Shown here piece after piece: positions 35,640 to 44,278 of a stretch of 64,000 nucleotides of DNA (position 1 is the first letter of the stretch; the number at the start of each line of letters is the position of its first letter). Position numbers and translations under genes: made by a program. Source of the stretch: an uncultured Alphaproteobacteria bacterium (GTDB taxonomy: Bacteria > Pseudomonadota > Alphaproteobacteria > UBA11222); the NCBI GenBank assembly GCA_937888955.1, contig CALAQW010000065.1:12902-76901 (forward strand). Direction: 5' to 3'. The notes below the pieces were generated by a model. It saw only the letters and a list, made by a program, of their open reading frames with translations. It was not told where the DNA came from and made no database searches.

Positions 35640-35677
35640 AAAAAGCCGGGAGATGATACGCATCTTCGTCCCCGGCT
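35640..35677 (-). terminator. candidate intrinsic terminator downstream of the phasin gene
   Basis: Read on the minus strand: AGCCGGG, an inner 5-bp helix, then CCCGGCT (35644-35677), followed by TTTTTGT. Lies about 150 nt after the phasin stop and before the CoA-transferase start. Confidence 0.5.
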
Positions 35678-35828
35678 CTACTATTCTTGTGTCTTGACTG
35701 ATGTCTTGGCTGACTTACCCGAATTTACCGCCTGAGGCGGCGCAGTTCATACTGCGCGGAAACGGGGTCAGATCCCACCGCCACGGCACGCAGTCACAAG
35801 GCAGCCGCGCCGGCGATGACGCGCGGAA

Positions 35829-36242
35829 TTACGCGGCGCGCGCTTTCTGAATCAGTTCGGCAAATGCGGTCACACGGTCATTGATCGGCGCATAGCTGTC
35901 TTTCGCCATGCTCATCGTCATGTCGTTGATCTTGGTCGCCTGATTGACGAATTGATCGAACATGGAGCGGGTATAGTCGGTTTGCAGGGTAATGAATTCC
36001 TGCATCGTCTTTGCCGACATCATCGCCTTGCTGGCTTTGATGCTTTCGTCCATCGTGTGCTTGGCAAATTCGAGGTTTTCACCACTCAATTTTTCCAGCC
36101 CCTTCGCTGTCGCGTTCATGGACTGCATCCACGCTTCCATATTGTCCTTGCTCATATCGACGGTCCGCTCAGCACCCTGCTGAACAGCTTCCATGGTTGA
36201 CTTGTCAAAACCAGGGGTTGTTTCTTTAGCTTTGGTCGGCAT
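35829..36242 (-). CDS. phasin-family protein (PHA granule-associated)
   Basis: 137-aa, all-helical-looking, Ala/Lys/Met/Glu-rich protein with a TMQEFITLQTDYTRSMFDQFVNQATKI segment typical of alphaproteobacterial phasins. Appears monocistronic. Confidence 0.7.
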   Translation of the reverse strand: MPTKAKETTPGFDKSTMEAVQQGAERTVDMSKDNMEAWMQSMNATAKGLEKLSGENLEFAKHTMDESIKASKAMMSAKTMQEFITLQTDYTRSMFDQFVNQATKINDMTMSMAKDSYAPINDRVTAFAELIQKARAA

Positions 36243-36304
36243 CAGTTAAATTCTCCGGATGTGGGCAGGTCCATCCCGGCCCGATTAACGTCGCGAAACA
36301 TATT

Positions 36305-36317
36305 GTTGCACTGCAAC
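36305..36317. promoter_or_regulatory. palindrome GTTGC-ACT-GCAAC upstream of the phasin gene
   Basis: Perfect 5-3-5 palindrome with a TGC-N3-GCA core. Its centre lies 69 nt upstream of the phasin ATG. Confidence 0.45.
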
Positions 36318-36358
36318 ATACCCAAAAGATATATCGCAGATGCACGAAGTCAAGTTAA

Positions 36359-36381
36359 TTTTTTGTGCAGCGCACAAAAAA
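36359..36381. promoter_or_regulatory. palindrome TTTTTTGTGC-AGC-GCACAAAAAA upstream of the phasin gene
   Basis: Perfect inverted repeat with 10-nt arms and the same TGC-N3-GCA core. Its centre lies 128 nt upstream of the phasin ATG and about 46 nt downstream of the lipoprotein gene stop. Confidence 0.45.
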
Positions 36382-36426
36382 ACTGTCTGGAATAGTTATT
36401 TAGAAACAATCGTCTAATCAATTGCC

Positions 36427-37158
36427 CTATTGCCCGACCAAATGATTGTTCCGCACCTGCACACGAAAACGCACCTCCCTGCGCTCCCGCTCACCGGCGG
36501 TCTGGGCGTAAGGCTGATCCGGCAGGGCACGCGGACGGGCAAGCGGTTTCGCTATCGGATCGATCGACCGTAGCAGCGCCAGGAATGTGAGCGCATCATG
36601 GGTTTCGGGTGTCACCTCAAACCCTGTCAGGCGGAATGTCCCCTCTCGGCATCCCATGACAACCCAGAAATAACGATCCGAACGCAGCCAATCGCCCTCA
36701 CGTTCCGATTGCGCGACATTTTGCCAAATCGCAGTTTCAAGCTTTGCGAAAATATCGGGCGCGATCCGGGTCTGCGCGGTCTGTGTGGCCTCACCGCCGT
36801 TCAACCGGTCGAGATAGGCATTGAAGATCGGGGCCGGCGCGAAAACCTGTGCCGTCAGTTTTGCATCGACGGGCACCCCGACACCCTGCGTGCCGGGTAA
36901 AGCTCTGGCGGCAACGATATCATAGCTGCGCACCTGCTCCGTCCAGCGCGCATTGTAAATCAACCGGTATCTGTTGGTCGCACCCTGCGTGCAGGCAGCG
37001 CGCAAATCATCCCCGTTCATATAGCTGAACCAGGTGAAAACCCGCTTGACCGGATCCTCGGTTACCCCCCGCGCCGCGCAGCCCTGGACCAGCAGCAAAA
37101 TGGCGCAAAGCAGCAAAATCAAACGCCCCGGAAAAACCAATTGTAAAACCCGCTGCAT
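36427..37158 (-). CDS. hypothetical lipoprotein
   Basis: The ATG at 37158 gives MQRVLQLVFPGRLILLLCAILLLVQGC, a signal peptide with a lipobox. No family recognised. Confidence 0.5.
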   Translation of the reverse strand: MQRVLQLVFPGRLILLLCAILLLVQGCAARGVTEDPVKRVFTWFSYMNGDDLRAACTQGATNRYRLIYNARWTEQVRSYDIVAARALPGTQGVGVPVDAKLTAQVFAPAPIFNAYLDRLNGGEATQTAQTRIAPDIFAKLETAIWQNVAQSEREGDWLRSDRYFWVVMGCREGTFRLTGFEVTPETHDALTFLALLRSIDPIAKPLARPRALPDQPYAQTAGERERREVRFRVQVRNNHLVGQ

Positions 37159-37368
37159 TGTCGAACCCCCGAGCCTTGAGCAGCACATCACGCCGCGATA
37201 TTGACATTACAACATCTATGTAATGCATACGCATTCCCCCGCAGCACCCGGTATACTATAAGATACGCTGTAACCGCTGCGTATTCGCGCAACCATATTG
37301 ATCGGCTGCGCCGCCCAAAGGCAGTCGCAAGACTGCCGCCATATACCATCTGTTGACCGGATTATTTT

Positions 37369-38616
37369 GTGACTTCCCCTGCATCCGTTTCTCAAGAATC
37401 CCAGGAATGGGAAATTCCGACCGTCCCTGTCTGGTCCTACTGGCTGCTGTTTGGCGGCCTGCTTGCGGTTGGCATCGGGCGATCGGTGACGCTGGCGGTC
37501 CTTGCACCGATCGGTCGCGAACTGGGATTGCTTGAAATCCAGATCGGGGCGATTTCGACCTGTACGGCAATCATGTTCTTTTTCGGCGGACCGTTCTGGG
37601 GCAGACGCAGCGAAAAGATGGGCCGCCGTCCGGTCATGGTGATCGGGTTTCTGGGGTACGGCGCAACGACAATCGCCTTTGCGCAGGTTGTGGAATGGGG
37701 CCTGACCGGAACCGTCACCTTGCTGCTGATCTATCCGCTGATGATCCTGACCCGCGTCGCCTTCGCCGCGCTGTCGAGCGGCGTTTTCCCGGCCGCCCAG
37801 GCATTTGTCACGACAACCACGAAAGTTGAAGACCGGACGTCGGGCATCGCGTTGAATTCCGCGGCATTCGGACTTGGCAGTATTCTCGGCCCCGCGCTTG
37901 GCGGCATTCTTGTCTATATCAGCTTGCTTGCGCCGCTCTATGTCGCCGCGCTTCTTGCGCTGACATGCGCGCTGCTGATCTGGTGGCTGTTACCCGAGCC
38001 GCCACGCCGTCCGATGCCCAAAGGCGGCAAGCCATTGCGGTTTTTCGATCCGCGCATCCGCCCGCAATTGCTGGTCGGCTTTTGCGCCGCCTATACCATG
38101 GCCACAGTGCATCAGGTTGGCGGCTTCTATTTTCAGGATATTCTCGGCACCACGGCCGCACAGACCGCGCAGCGTATCGGCATGGCGCTCGCGGCCATGG
38201 CGATTGTGTCCATGGGCATCCAGTTTCTGATTATCCGGCCCTTCAAGCTACGCCCCAAGACCTTACTGCGCTGGGGCGGGCCGCTGACCTGCGCGGGCGG
38301 TGCGGTTTTGCTGTTCGCGGGCAGCTTGTGGGCATTGATCCTTGGCATGGTGTTGGCGGGAATGGGGCTTGGCATGACGATGCCCGGCAATGCGGCGGCG
38401 GCAAGCCTTTCGGTTGCGCCGCACGAACAGGGCAGCCTCGCGGGCATTACAATGGCCGCAAATTCGCTGGGATTCGCCCTGGGGCCCATATTGGGCACCG
38501 CGCTTTATCAGATTGCGCCACAGATCCCCTATATGGTTTCGCTTCTGATTACACTCGCCGTCGCGATCTATGTCTTTATTTTGCCGATTCCGGACCCGCG
38601 AGACTACAAAGCCTGA
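37369..38616 (+). CDS. MFS transporter
   Basis: About 12 hydrophobic segments. MFS motif A-like GRRSEKMGRRPVM between TM2 and TM3. GTG start. Confidence 0.85.
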   Translation: MTSPASVSQESQEWEIPTVPVWSYWLLFGGLLAVGIGRSVTLAVLAPIGRELGLLEIQIGAISTCTAIMFFFGGPFWGRRSEKMGRRPVMVIGFLGYGATTIAFAQVVEWGLTGTVTLLLIYPLMILTRVAFAALSSGVFPAAQAFVTTTTKVEDRTSGIALNSAAFGLGSILGPALGGILVYISLLAPLYVAALLALTCALLIWWLLPEPPRRPMPKGGKPLRFFDPRIRPQLLVGFCAAYTMATVHQVGGFYFQDILGTTAAQTAQRIGMALAAMAIVSMGIQFLIIRPFKLRPKTLLRWGGPLTCAGGAVLLFAGSLWALILGMVLAGMGLGMTMPGNAAAASLSVAPHEQGSLAGITMAANSLGFALGPILGTALYQIAPQIPYMVSLLITLAVAIYVFILPIPDPRDYKA

Positions 38617-38634
38617 CTTTACACAGAATTGCAT

Positions 38635-38662
38635 TTGACACGGCGCGTTGCGCACGTATATT
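38635..38662 (+). promoter_or_regulatory. candidate sigma-70-type promoter of rpsD
   Basis: TTGACA (38635-38640), a 16-nt spacer, then TATATT (38657-38662). Lies about 75 nt upstream of the rpsD ATG. Confidence 0.5.
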
Positions 38663-38672
38663 ACCGCCCACT

Positions 38673-38694
38673 CGCGGGCCTTTTGGGGCCCGCG
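38673..38694 (+). other. GC hairpin in the rpsD leader (possible attenuator, S4 autoregulatory element, or terminator of the MFS gene)
   Basis: CGCGGGCC-ttttgg-GGCCCGCG (8-bp stem) followed by TCGCTTTTCGCATTTC. Lies between the candidate -10 box and the rpsD start. Confidence 0.5.
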
Positions 38695-38737
38695 TCGCTT
38701 TTCGCATTTCTGTAAGCACAAAATTCGGGATTAGTTG

Positions 38738-39355
38738 ATGTCCAAGCGGCAGCAATCAAAGTACAAAATCGACCGACGCCTTGGCGAAAACCTCTGGGGT
38801 CGCCCCAAAAGCCCGGTTAACAAACGTGAATACGGGCCAGGCCAGCATGGTCAGCGCCGGCGCAGCAAGCTGTCTGATTTTGGTATTCAGCTGCGCGCCA
38901 AGCAAAAGCTGAAAGGCTATTACGGCAATATCAGCGAGAAGCAATTCCGCCGCACCTATGAGGAAGCCTCGCGTCGCCGTGGCGATACCGGTGAGAATCT
39001 GGTTGGCCTGCTGGAACGCCGGCTGGATGCGATTGTTTATCGTGCAAAATTCGTCCCGACCGTCTTTGCCGCACGGCAATTTGTCAGCCATGGCCATATA
39101 ACGGTGAACGGTCAGCGCGTCACGGTGCCGAGCTACCGGATTTCCGAAGGCGATGTGATCGAGGTGCGCGAAAAATCCCGTCAACTCGGCATGGTGCTTG
39201 AAGCAACCGAATCGGCGGAGCGGGATGTACCGGAATATCTCGATGTGGATAACCGGGCGCTGAAGGCGACTTTCGTCCGCACCCCGGGGCTTGATGAAAT
39301 TCCCTACCCGGTGATGATGGAACCCAATCTGGTCGTCGAATTCTATTCACGCTGA
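38738..39355 (+). CDS. rpsD: 30S ribosomal protein S4
   Basis: [26 protein letters not shown]... and an S4 RNA-binding domain ([11 protein letters not shown]...[14 protein letters not shown]). Confidence 0.97.
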   Translation: MSKRQQSKYKIDRRLGENLWGRPKSPVNKREYGPGQHGQRRRSKLSDFGIQLRAKQKLKGYYGNISEKQFRRTYEEASRRRGDTGENLVGLLERRLDAIVYRAKFVPTVFAARQFVSHGHITVNGQRVTVPSYRISEGDVIEVREKSRQLGMVLEATESAERDVPEYLDVDNRALKATFVRTPGLDEIPYPVMMEPNLVVEFYSR

Positions 39356-39444
39356 ACAGTTGCACTGGTCGCCCGGTTCTCTTGGATAAACCGGGCGGAA
39401 GCCAATCGCCATACTGGCGGCAACACCATACAGGCCGCAAAATC

Positions 39445-39478
39445 AAGACAAGCCGCTTTGCCGCTTGTCTTTTTTATT
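39445..39478 (+). terminator. intrinsic terminator of rpsD
   Basis: AAGACAAGC...GCTTGTCTT stem (9 bp plus 2 inner pairs, 39445-39471) running into TTTTTTATT. Confidence 0.8.
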
Positions 39479-39546
39479 GGGGTATATCCGCGTGCGGCAT
39501 TGGCGCCGTTTCCAGCATTAGCAATCCACACGCGCCGCGGTCGCCG

Positions 39547-40155
39547 CTATTCGCGAACCGGCTGCCAATTCCGCGAACGCCGCTGCGTTGACAGGATTTC
39601 GGCCATCGTCATCTTCGCGGATACCCGCTCCCGGCTGCTTCCCCGGATATCGAAGAAATCGCGCCGTAATGCCTGATCATACCAGAAATAGGAATCGGGA
39701 TAATCACGGTCGACCCCGACCCCGTCTTCCAGCATGACGGCCATATTGTACTGCCCCGCCGGCGCACCCTGCGCTGCCGCGCGGCGATACCAATAGGCCG
39801 CCTGACCAAGGTCCTGTCGTACCCCGGCGCCCATGTCATAAAGCGTGGCTAAATCGAACTGCGCATGATAATTGCCGGCATCCGCCGCTTTCTTGTACCA
39901 GAAAGCCGCTTTTTCGTAGTCCTGCGCGACCGTGACACCATCATGAAACAAGGCACCAAGCCGGTATTGCGCATCGCGATCGCCGGCCTCGGCAAGCGCA
40001 AGCCAGACATCATGCGCCTCTGCGTAAAAGCCGCGCCGGTACAGATCCTCACCGTCGGCATAACTCATCGCTTGCGCAGAAACAGTACTGAACAGAATAG
40101 AAAGCAAGGCAATGCCGGATAAAACCGCACGCCCAAAACCGCCAAACATCCCCAT
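39547..40155 (-). CDS. Sel1-repeat (TPR-like) secreted protein
   Basis: Signal peptide (LLSILFSTVSAQA) and repeated Sel1-type units (AAFWYKKAADAGNYHAQFDLATLY, AAYWYRRAAAQGAPAGQYNMAVML). Confidence 0.8.
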   Translation of the reverse strand: MGMFGGFGRAVLSGIALLSILFSTVSAQAMSYADGEDLYRRGFYAEAHDVWLALAEAGDRDAQYRLGALFHDGVTVAQDYEKAAFWYKKAADAGNYHAQFDLATLYDMGAGVRQDLGQAAYWYRRAAAQGAPAGQYNMAVMLEDGVGVDRDYPDSYFWYDQALRRDFFDIRGSSRERVSAKMTMAEILSTQRRSRNWQPVRE

Positions 40156-40254
40156 GGCACGCACTCCATTTCTTGTGTGCCCACCCCGCAAGACATTATT
40201 GCCCGAAAGGCGGGCGCTTGCACAGTCTGTTCACAAGAACGTGAAAAAAGCGTA

Positions 40255-41883
40255 TCAGCTGGTGGAATTGTTGCGATAGGCGGCAAGCGCTTCGGGCGTA
40301 TCGAGATCGAGAAAGATGCTGCGGTCGGGGCTTGGTACTTCACAAACCGCCTCGGCATATTCACCGATCAGATGCCGCGCGCCGACATCCCCCGACACCT
40401 GCATCATCTCAGGGAAAAAGCGGCGACCGAACAGCACCGGATTACCCCGCTTGCCCTCGAATGTCGGAACGCAGATTTCACGCCCCTCTTCAGGATCAAA
40501 GGCGGCAATAAGCCGCGCAAGATGATCGGCACGCAGTTCGGGCATATCGCCAAGACAGATGATCGCCCCGTCCACGCCCGCACCAAGTGCGGAGAGCCCG
40601 GCTTTCAACGAACCGCTCAGCCCGTCCGCATAGTCACGATTATGGACAAGCGTCAGCGGGAAGTCCGCCACCGCCGCGCGTACCCGGTCGGCCTCATGGC
40701 CGGTGACAAGCACAATCGGACCGGCTTTGCTTTCGACAACCGCCCGCACGATCCGGGCGATCAGCGGTTCACCGTCAATTTCTGTCAGCAGCTTGTTGAC
40801 CGCCCCCATCCGGCGCGACTGGCCCGCTGCGAGTATGATTGCCGCGATTTTCGGTGCTTTGCGAACCACAGTCTTGCCACCCGCGCGCGGTTGCGGCCGG
40901 CTGACGATTTCCTTCAAAAGCCCGCCGCCGCCCATTTTCATGATATCCTCGGCCCGCACCCGCAGCCCGGCGACAAGCCGCTGCAATACCCAGTCAAAAC
41001 CGTTCAGCTTGGGGGAACGCGCACAACCGGGCAGCCCGATCACCGGCACCTCCCCATGCCGGCCGAGCAGCAGCAGATTACCGGGGTCGACCGGCATGCC
41101 GAAATGCTCGATCGCCCCACCCGCCTGCGCGATCGCCGCGGGCAGCACGTCGCGCCGGTCGACAATCGCCGACGCCCCGAACAGGCAAATCAGGCTGCAC
41201 CCCGCATCGCGCAACGCGGTAATTTCCGCCGCCACATCGGCCACCTTGTGGGGGCAACGCCGCTCGACGATCGCATGACGGCCAAGTGCCGCGAGCCGCC
41301 CTTCAAGACCCTTACGATTCTTCTCCAACAAGGATTGCTTGCCATCGGGCAGGAAGGTGGAAACAAGCCCCACCTTCTGCGCGCGCCAGGGCGCGACCTG
41401 CAACAATCCGGCCTGCAATTCGCGCAGCAGCGTTTCACCGCGCGCCACCGCCGCGCGCGGGGCAGCGAAGGGAATGATCTTCACCGTCGCGATCATCTGC
41501 CCCGCAACCACCGGCTCGAACGGCGCAACGGTGGTTGCAATCGTCAGGCTTTCAAGCATATTGAAGCGATCAAGGGCCACCGTATCGACCAGCGCAAGCC
41601 CGTCGCAGGCAGCGCTCAGATTTGCGCGACCGGTAAAAGGCGCGGCACAATCAACGCCCGTGCCCGCCGCCGCGTGCGCAAGTGCCGCCGCGGCCTCATC
41701 CTCGGGCATGTCATCAGGGGTAAGCCGGGCGGCCACCACCTGCGCGATGCCGGCCTGCTGCAAAGCCGCAATATCCCCGGCCGACAGGACGCGCCCCTTG
41801 GCAAAACGCTGCCCGTCAAGCTGCACAGAATGGGCAAGGATCGCCCCAATTGCCGTATTGACGGCTATTTCCCCGAATTCCAT
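40255..41883 (-). CDS. fusion of a molybdopterin-binding (MoCF-biosynthesis/MoeA-like) domain and a MocA/MobA-like nucleotidyltransferase
   Basis: The C-terminal half carries AAIILAAGQSRRMG...NKLL...ICLGDMP, an NTP-transferase of the MobA/MocA type. The N-terminal half has a GLPGCARSP-type MoCF domain. Last gene of the CoxD/CoxE/XdhC operon. Confidence 0.8.
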   Translation of the reverse strand: MEFGEIAVNTAIGAILAHSVQLDGQRFAKGRVLSAGDIAALQQAGIAQVVAARLTPDDMPEDEAAAALAHAAAGTGVDCAAPFTGRANLSAACDGLALVDTVALDRFNMLESLTIATTVAPFEPVVAGQMIATVKIIPFAAPRAAVARGETLLRELQAGLLQVAPWRAQKVGLVSTFLPDGKQSLLEKNRKGLEGRLAALGRHAIVERRCPHKVADVAAEITALRDAGCSLICLFGASAIVDRRDVLPAAIAQAGGAIEHFGMPVDPGNLLLLGRHGEVPVIGLPGCARSPKLNGFDWVLQRLVAGLRVRAEDIMKMGGGGLLKEIVSRPQPRAGGKTVVRKAPKIAAIILAAGQSRRMGAVNKLLTEIDGEPLIARIVRAVVESKAGPIVLVTGHEADRVRAAVADFPLTLVHNRDYADGLSGSLKAGLSALGAGVDGAIICLGDMPELRADHLARLIAAFDPEEGREICVPTFEGKRGNPVLFGRRFFPEMMQVSGDVGARHLIGEYAEAVCEVPSPDRSIFLDLDTPEALAAYRNNSTS

Positions 41884-41898
41884 ATCACCCCGGATCTA

Positions 41899-42585
41899 TC
41901 ACAATGCCCCGCCGCGCAGCCGGCTGACAATTTCGGCGAGGATGGAAACAGCGATTTCAGCGGGGCTTTTCGCCCCGATGGCCAATCCGACCGGACCGTG
42001 AATACGCTCAAGCGCTGCGGTATCAAAGCCCGCGCGGCGCAACCGCTCAAGCCGCGCCGCATGTGTCTTTTTGCTGCCAAGACAACCGATATAGAAACAA
42101 TCGCTCGACAGCGCCCCCTGAAGCGCGGCGTCGTCCAGTTTGGGGTCATGGGTCAGGGTGACAATCGCTGTGCGCCGGTCAGGAGCAAACTCGGCAACCC
42201 CCTCATCGGGCCAGTCATGGCGCAACGCAACACCAGGGAAACGCGACGCGGTGGCAAAAGCCCGGCGCGGATCGACAATCGTCACATCAAACCCCGCGAT
42301 CACCGCCATCTGGGCCAATGGCTGCGCGATATGCACAGCCCCGACAATGAGCATGCGCAATGGCGGATTAAACACGTTCAGGAACACTTCGCCCGCGGGC
42401 GTATCGACAATGCGCCCCTTATCGTCCCGCGCTGCTGCAATCGCTGCCGCGCCGAGCGGGTCCTGCGGATCCGCGAGGGCGGGGTCGATTACCCTTTCTT
42501 CCCCGTTTGCCAGATTGGTGGCAAGCAGGACCGGGCGTTTTTCCGCCTTCGCTGCGAGTATCTGTTCAAGCGTATCGCGTTGCAT
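41899..42585 (-). CDS. XdhC/CoxF-family molybdo-enzyme maturation protein
   Basis: Rossmann-like LRMLIVGAVHIAQPLAQMAVIAGFDVTIVDPR, and a C-terminal GPVGLAIGAKSPAEIAVSILAEI typical of XdhC. Confidence 0.8.
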   Translation of the reverse strand: MQRDTLEQILAAKAEKRPVLLATNLANGEERVIDPALADPQDPLGAAAIAAARDDKGRIVDTPAGEVFLNVFNPPLRMLIVGAVHIAQPLAQMAVIAGFDVTIVDPRRAFATASRFPGVALRHDWPDEGVAEFAPDRRTAIVTLTHDPKLDDAALQGALSSDCFYIGCLGSKKTHAARLERLRRAGFDTAALERIHGPVGLAIGAKSPAEIAVSILAEIVSRLRGGAL

Positions 42586-42590
42586 CGGGG

Positions 42591-42926
42591 TCAGCCCAAC
42601 CGTTCGACAAAGACGCGGATCTTGCCGCCGCAGGCAAGCCCCACCTCCCAGGCCCGGCTGTTGCTGACGCCGAATTCAAGCAATTTCGGCGTGCCTGATT
42701 CGATAATATCCTGCGCTTCGACGACGACCGCCCCCTCGATGCAGCCGCCCGAGACCGAGCCGATGAAGGCACCATCGGCGCGCACTGCAAGCTGACTGCC
42801 GACCGGGCGCGGCGCGGACCCCCAGGTTTCGACCACGGTAGCAAGCGCAACGCCGTCGCCTGCGCGCTGCCAGTCAGCCGCCTGCTCAAGAACCTTATCG
42901 TGATTTTCAAGTGCCGTTTCACTCAT
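42591..42926 (-). CDS. XdhC/CoxI N-terminal-domain protein
   Basis: ALATVVETWGSAPRPVGSQLAVRADGAFIGSVSGGCIEGAVV is the XdhC_CoxI-type N-domain. The ATG at 42926 lies 14 nt after the upstream stop. Confidence 0.7.
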   Translation of the reverse strand: MSETALENHDKVLEQAADWQRAGDGVALATVVETWGSAPRPVGSQLAVRADGAFIGSVSGGCIEGAVVVEAQDIIESGTPKLLEFGVSNSRAWEVGLACGGKIRVFVERLG

Positions 42927-42940
42927 GACCGTTCTTCCTG

Positions 42941-44278
42941 TCACCCATGCTCTGTACCCTGTGCCGCCTGCACCGATTGCCGCCAAAAGGGCGCGCTATC
43001 GTCATAAGGCGACGCCCCGCCGCCGGTTTCCGCGCGCAGGTCAGCGCGATATTTCGCAAGTCCGAACCCGGGTTGCGGGCGCGTCATCGCCGCAGCCAGG
43101 GCACTCAGACTATCAATATTATGGGCCGGGCGAAACTCGTCCACATGCGGCAAAATCGCTTTTATACCCGTCGATCTGGGTGCGAAGTCGGCATAGCGCA
43201 AGAGCGGATTGAGCCAGATCAGACGGCTGCAGGAACGATGCAGCCTGTCGATTTCAGTTGCGATATTTTCCGCCCCGTCCCGGTCAAGCCCATCGGTAAT
43301 CAGGATGACGACCGCCCCATGCGACAAGATCCGGCGCGACCAGCGCATATTGAATGCACGCAGACAGGCGCCGATCCGGGTCCCGCCGTCCCAGTCAGGC
43401 ACCCGCCGCGCCACCTCATCAAGGGCAATGTCCACATCGCGTCCGACAAGATCGCGGGTAATATTCGTCAGCCGGGTGCCGAAAACGAAACTATGCACCC
43501 GCTCGCCCGCTGCCGCGAAACCATGCATCAATGTCAGCAGCATAAGACTGTAACGGCTCATCGAACCTGAAATATCGCACAGTAACACAATCGGGGGCCG
43601 CACCGTCCGAACGCGTTTGAAGCGCGGGCGGAACAATCCGCCTGCCCTTGCACTCGCCCGCAGGCTGGCAGGCATATCGAAACGTGCGCCCCCGCTCGCG
43701 GGGCGGAAACGGCGCGTGCGGATGAGCGGCAGAGACGCCGCGATGTCGCGCACCGCCCGTTGCGCCTGACGGAGTTCGGCGGCGCTCATCTGCTCGAAAT
43801 CCTTATTCCGCAGCTGCTCTTGCGCTGAAAAGCTGAGCATCACCTGCGGTGTTTCCTCCCGATCCTCATGCCTTTGAGGCACGTTTCGGGGCAACAGCGC
43901 CTCGCTCAGCCGCCGGAACAGCGCCTGCTCGTTCTGCGCACTGGCGGGCAATTGCACCTGCGGCAGCATTTCGGCAATCGCGCGTTTCAGAAATGCCGGG
44001 TCGCGCCAGAACAGTGCAAAAGCCTGATCGAACAGGGCCGTATCCGCATGCCGTGCAATCAATGTGGCATGCAGCGCCCAGTAAACATCATCGCGCGCGG
44101 GCAAGCCGAGCGCGCGCACCGCCGCCACTGCCAGCCGCGCCCGGTCAGGCCCCACAGAAATGCCCGCTTCACGCAGGAGCCGCGCAAAATGAATGATGTT
44201 TGCGGCAAGCGTTCCCGCACGATCAGGCACAGCACCTGGCGGCGCAGCACCAACGGGCCCCGCGCGATCAGCCACCAT
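42941..44278 (-). CDS. VWA domain protein, CoxE-like
   Basis: MIDAS-like LCDISGSM, then ILITDGLDRD and WLNP motifs. Follows the CoxD-like ATPase with an 11-nt overlap. Confidence 0.85.
   Translation of the reverse strand: MVADRAGPVGAAPPGAVPDRAGTLAANIIHFARLLREAGISVGPDRARLAVAAVRALGLPARDDVYWALHATLIARHADTALFDQAFALFWRDPAFLKRAIAEMLPQVQLPASAQNEQALFRRLSEALLPRNVPQRHEDREETPQVMLSFSAQEQLRNKDFEQMSAAELRQAQRAVRDIAASLPLIRTRRFRPASGGARFDMPASLRASARAGGLFRPRFKRVRTVRPPIVLLCDISGSMSRYSLMLLTLMHGFAAAGERVHSFVFGTRLTNITRDLVGRDVDIALDEVARRVPDWDGGTRIGACLRAFNMRWSRRILSHGAVVILITDGLDRDGAENIATEIDRLHRSCSRLIWLNPLLRYADFAPRSTGIKAILPHVDEFRPAHNIDSLSALAAAMTRPQPGFGLAKYRADLRAETGGGASPYDDSAPFWRQSVQAAQGTEHG

Noticed and set aside
40177-42795. 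872-codon plus-strand ORF spanning three minus-strand genes (MocA fusion and both XdhC genes).
   Set aside because: Its translation is Arg/Pro/Gly/His-rich low-complexity sequence with no motifs. The opposite strand encodes three proteins with clear family signatures and proper spacing. This is the shadow-ORF pattern typical of GC-rich DNA.
41899-42986. Possible XdhC pseudogene split into two ORFs by a frameshift.
   Set aside because: The 228-aa ORF has its own start and contains its own short N-domain plus the Rossmann-like C-domain. The 111-aa ORF is a complete N-domain with its own ATG and a 5-nt gap before the next gene. Paired small and large XdhC genes are a common arrangement, so no frameshift is needed.
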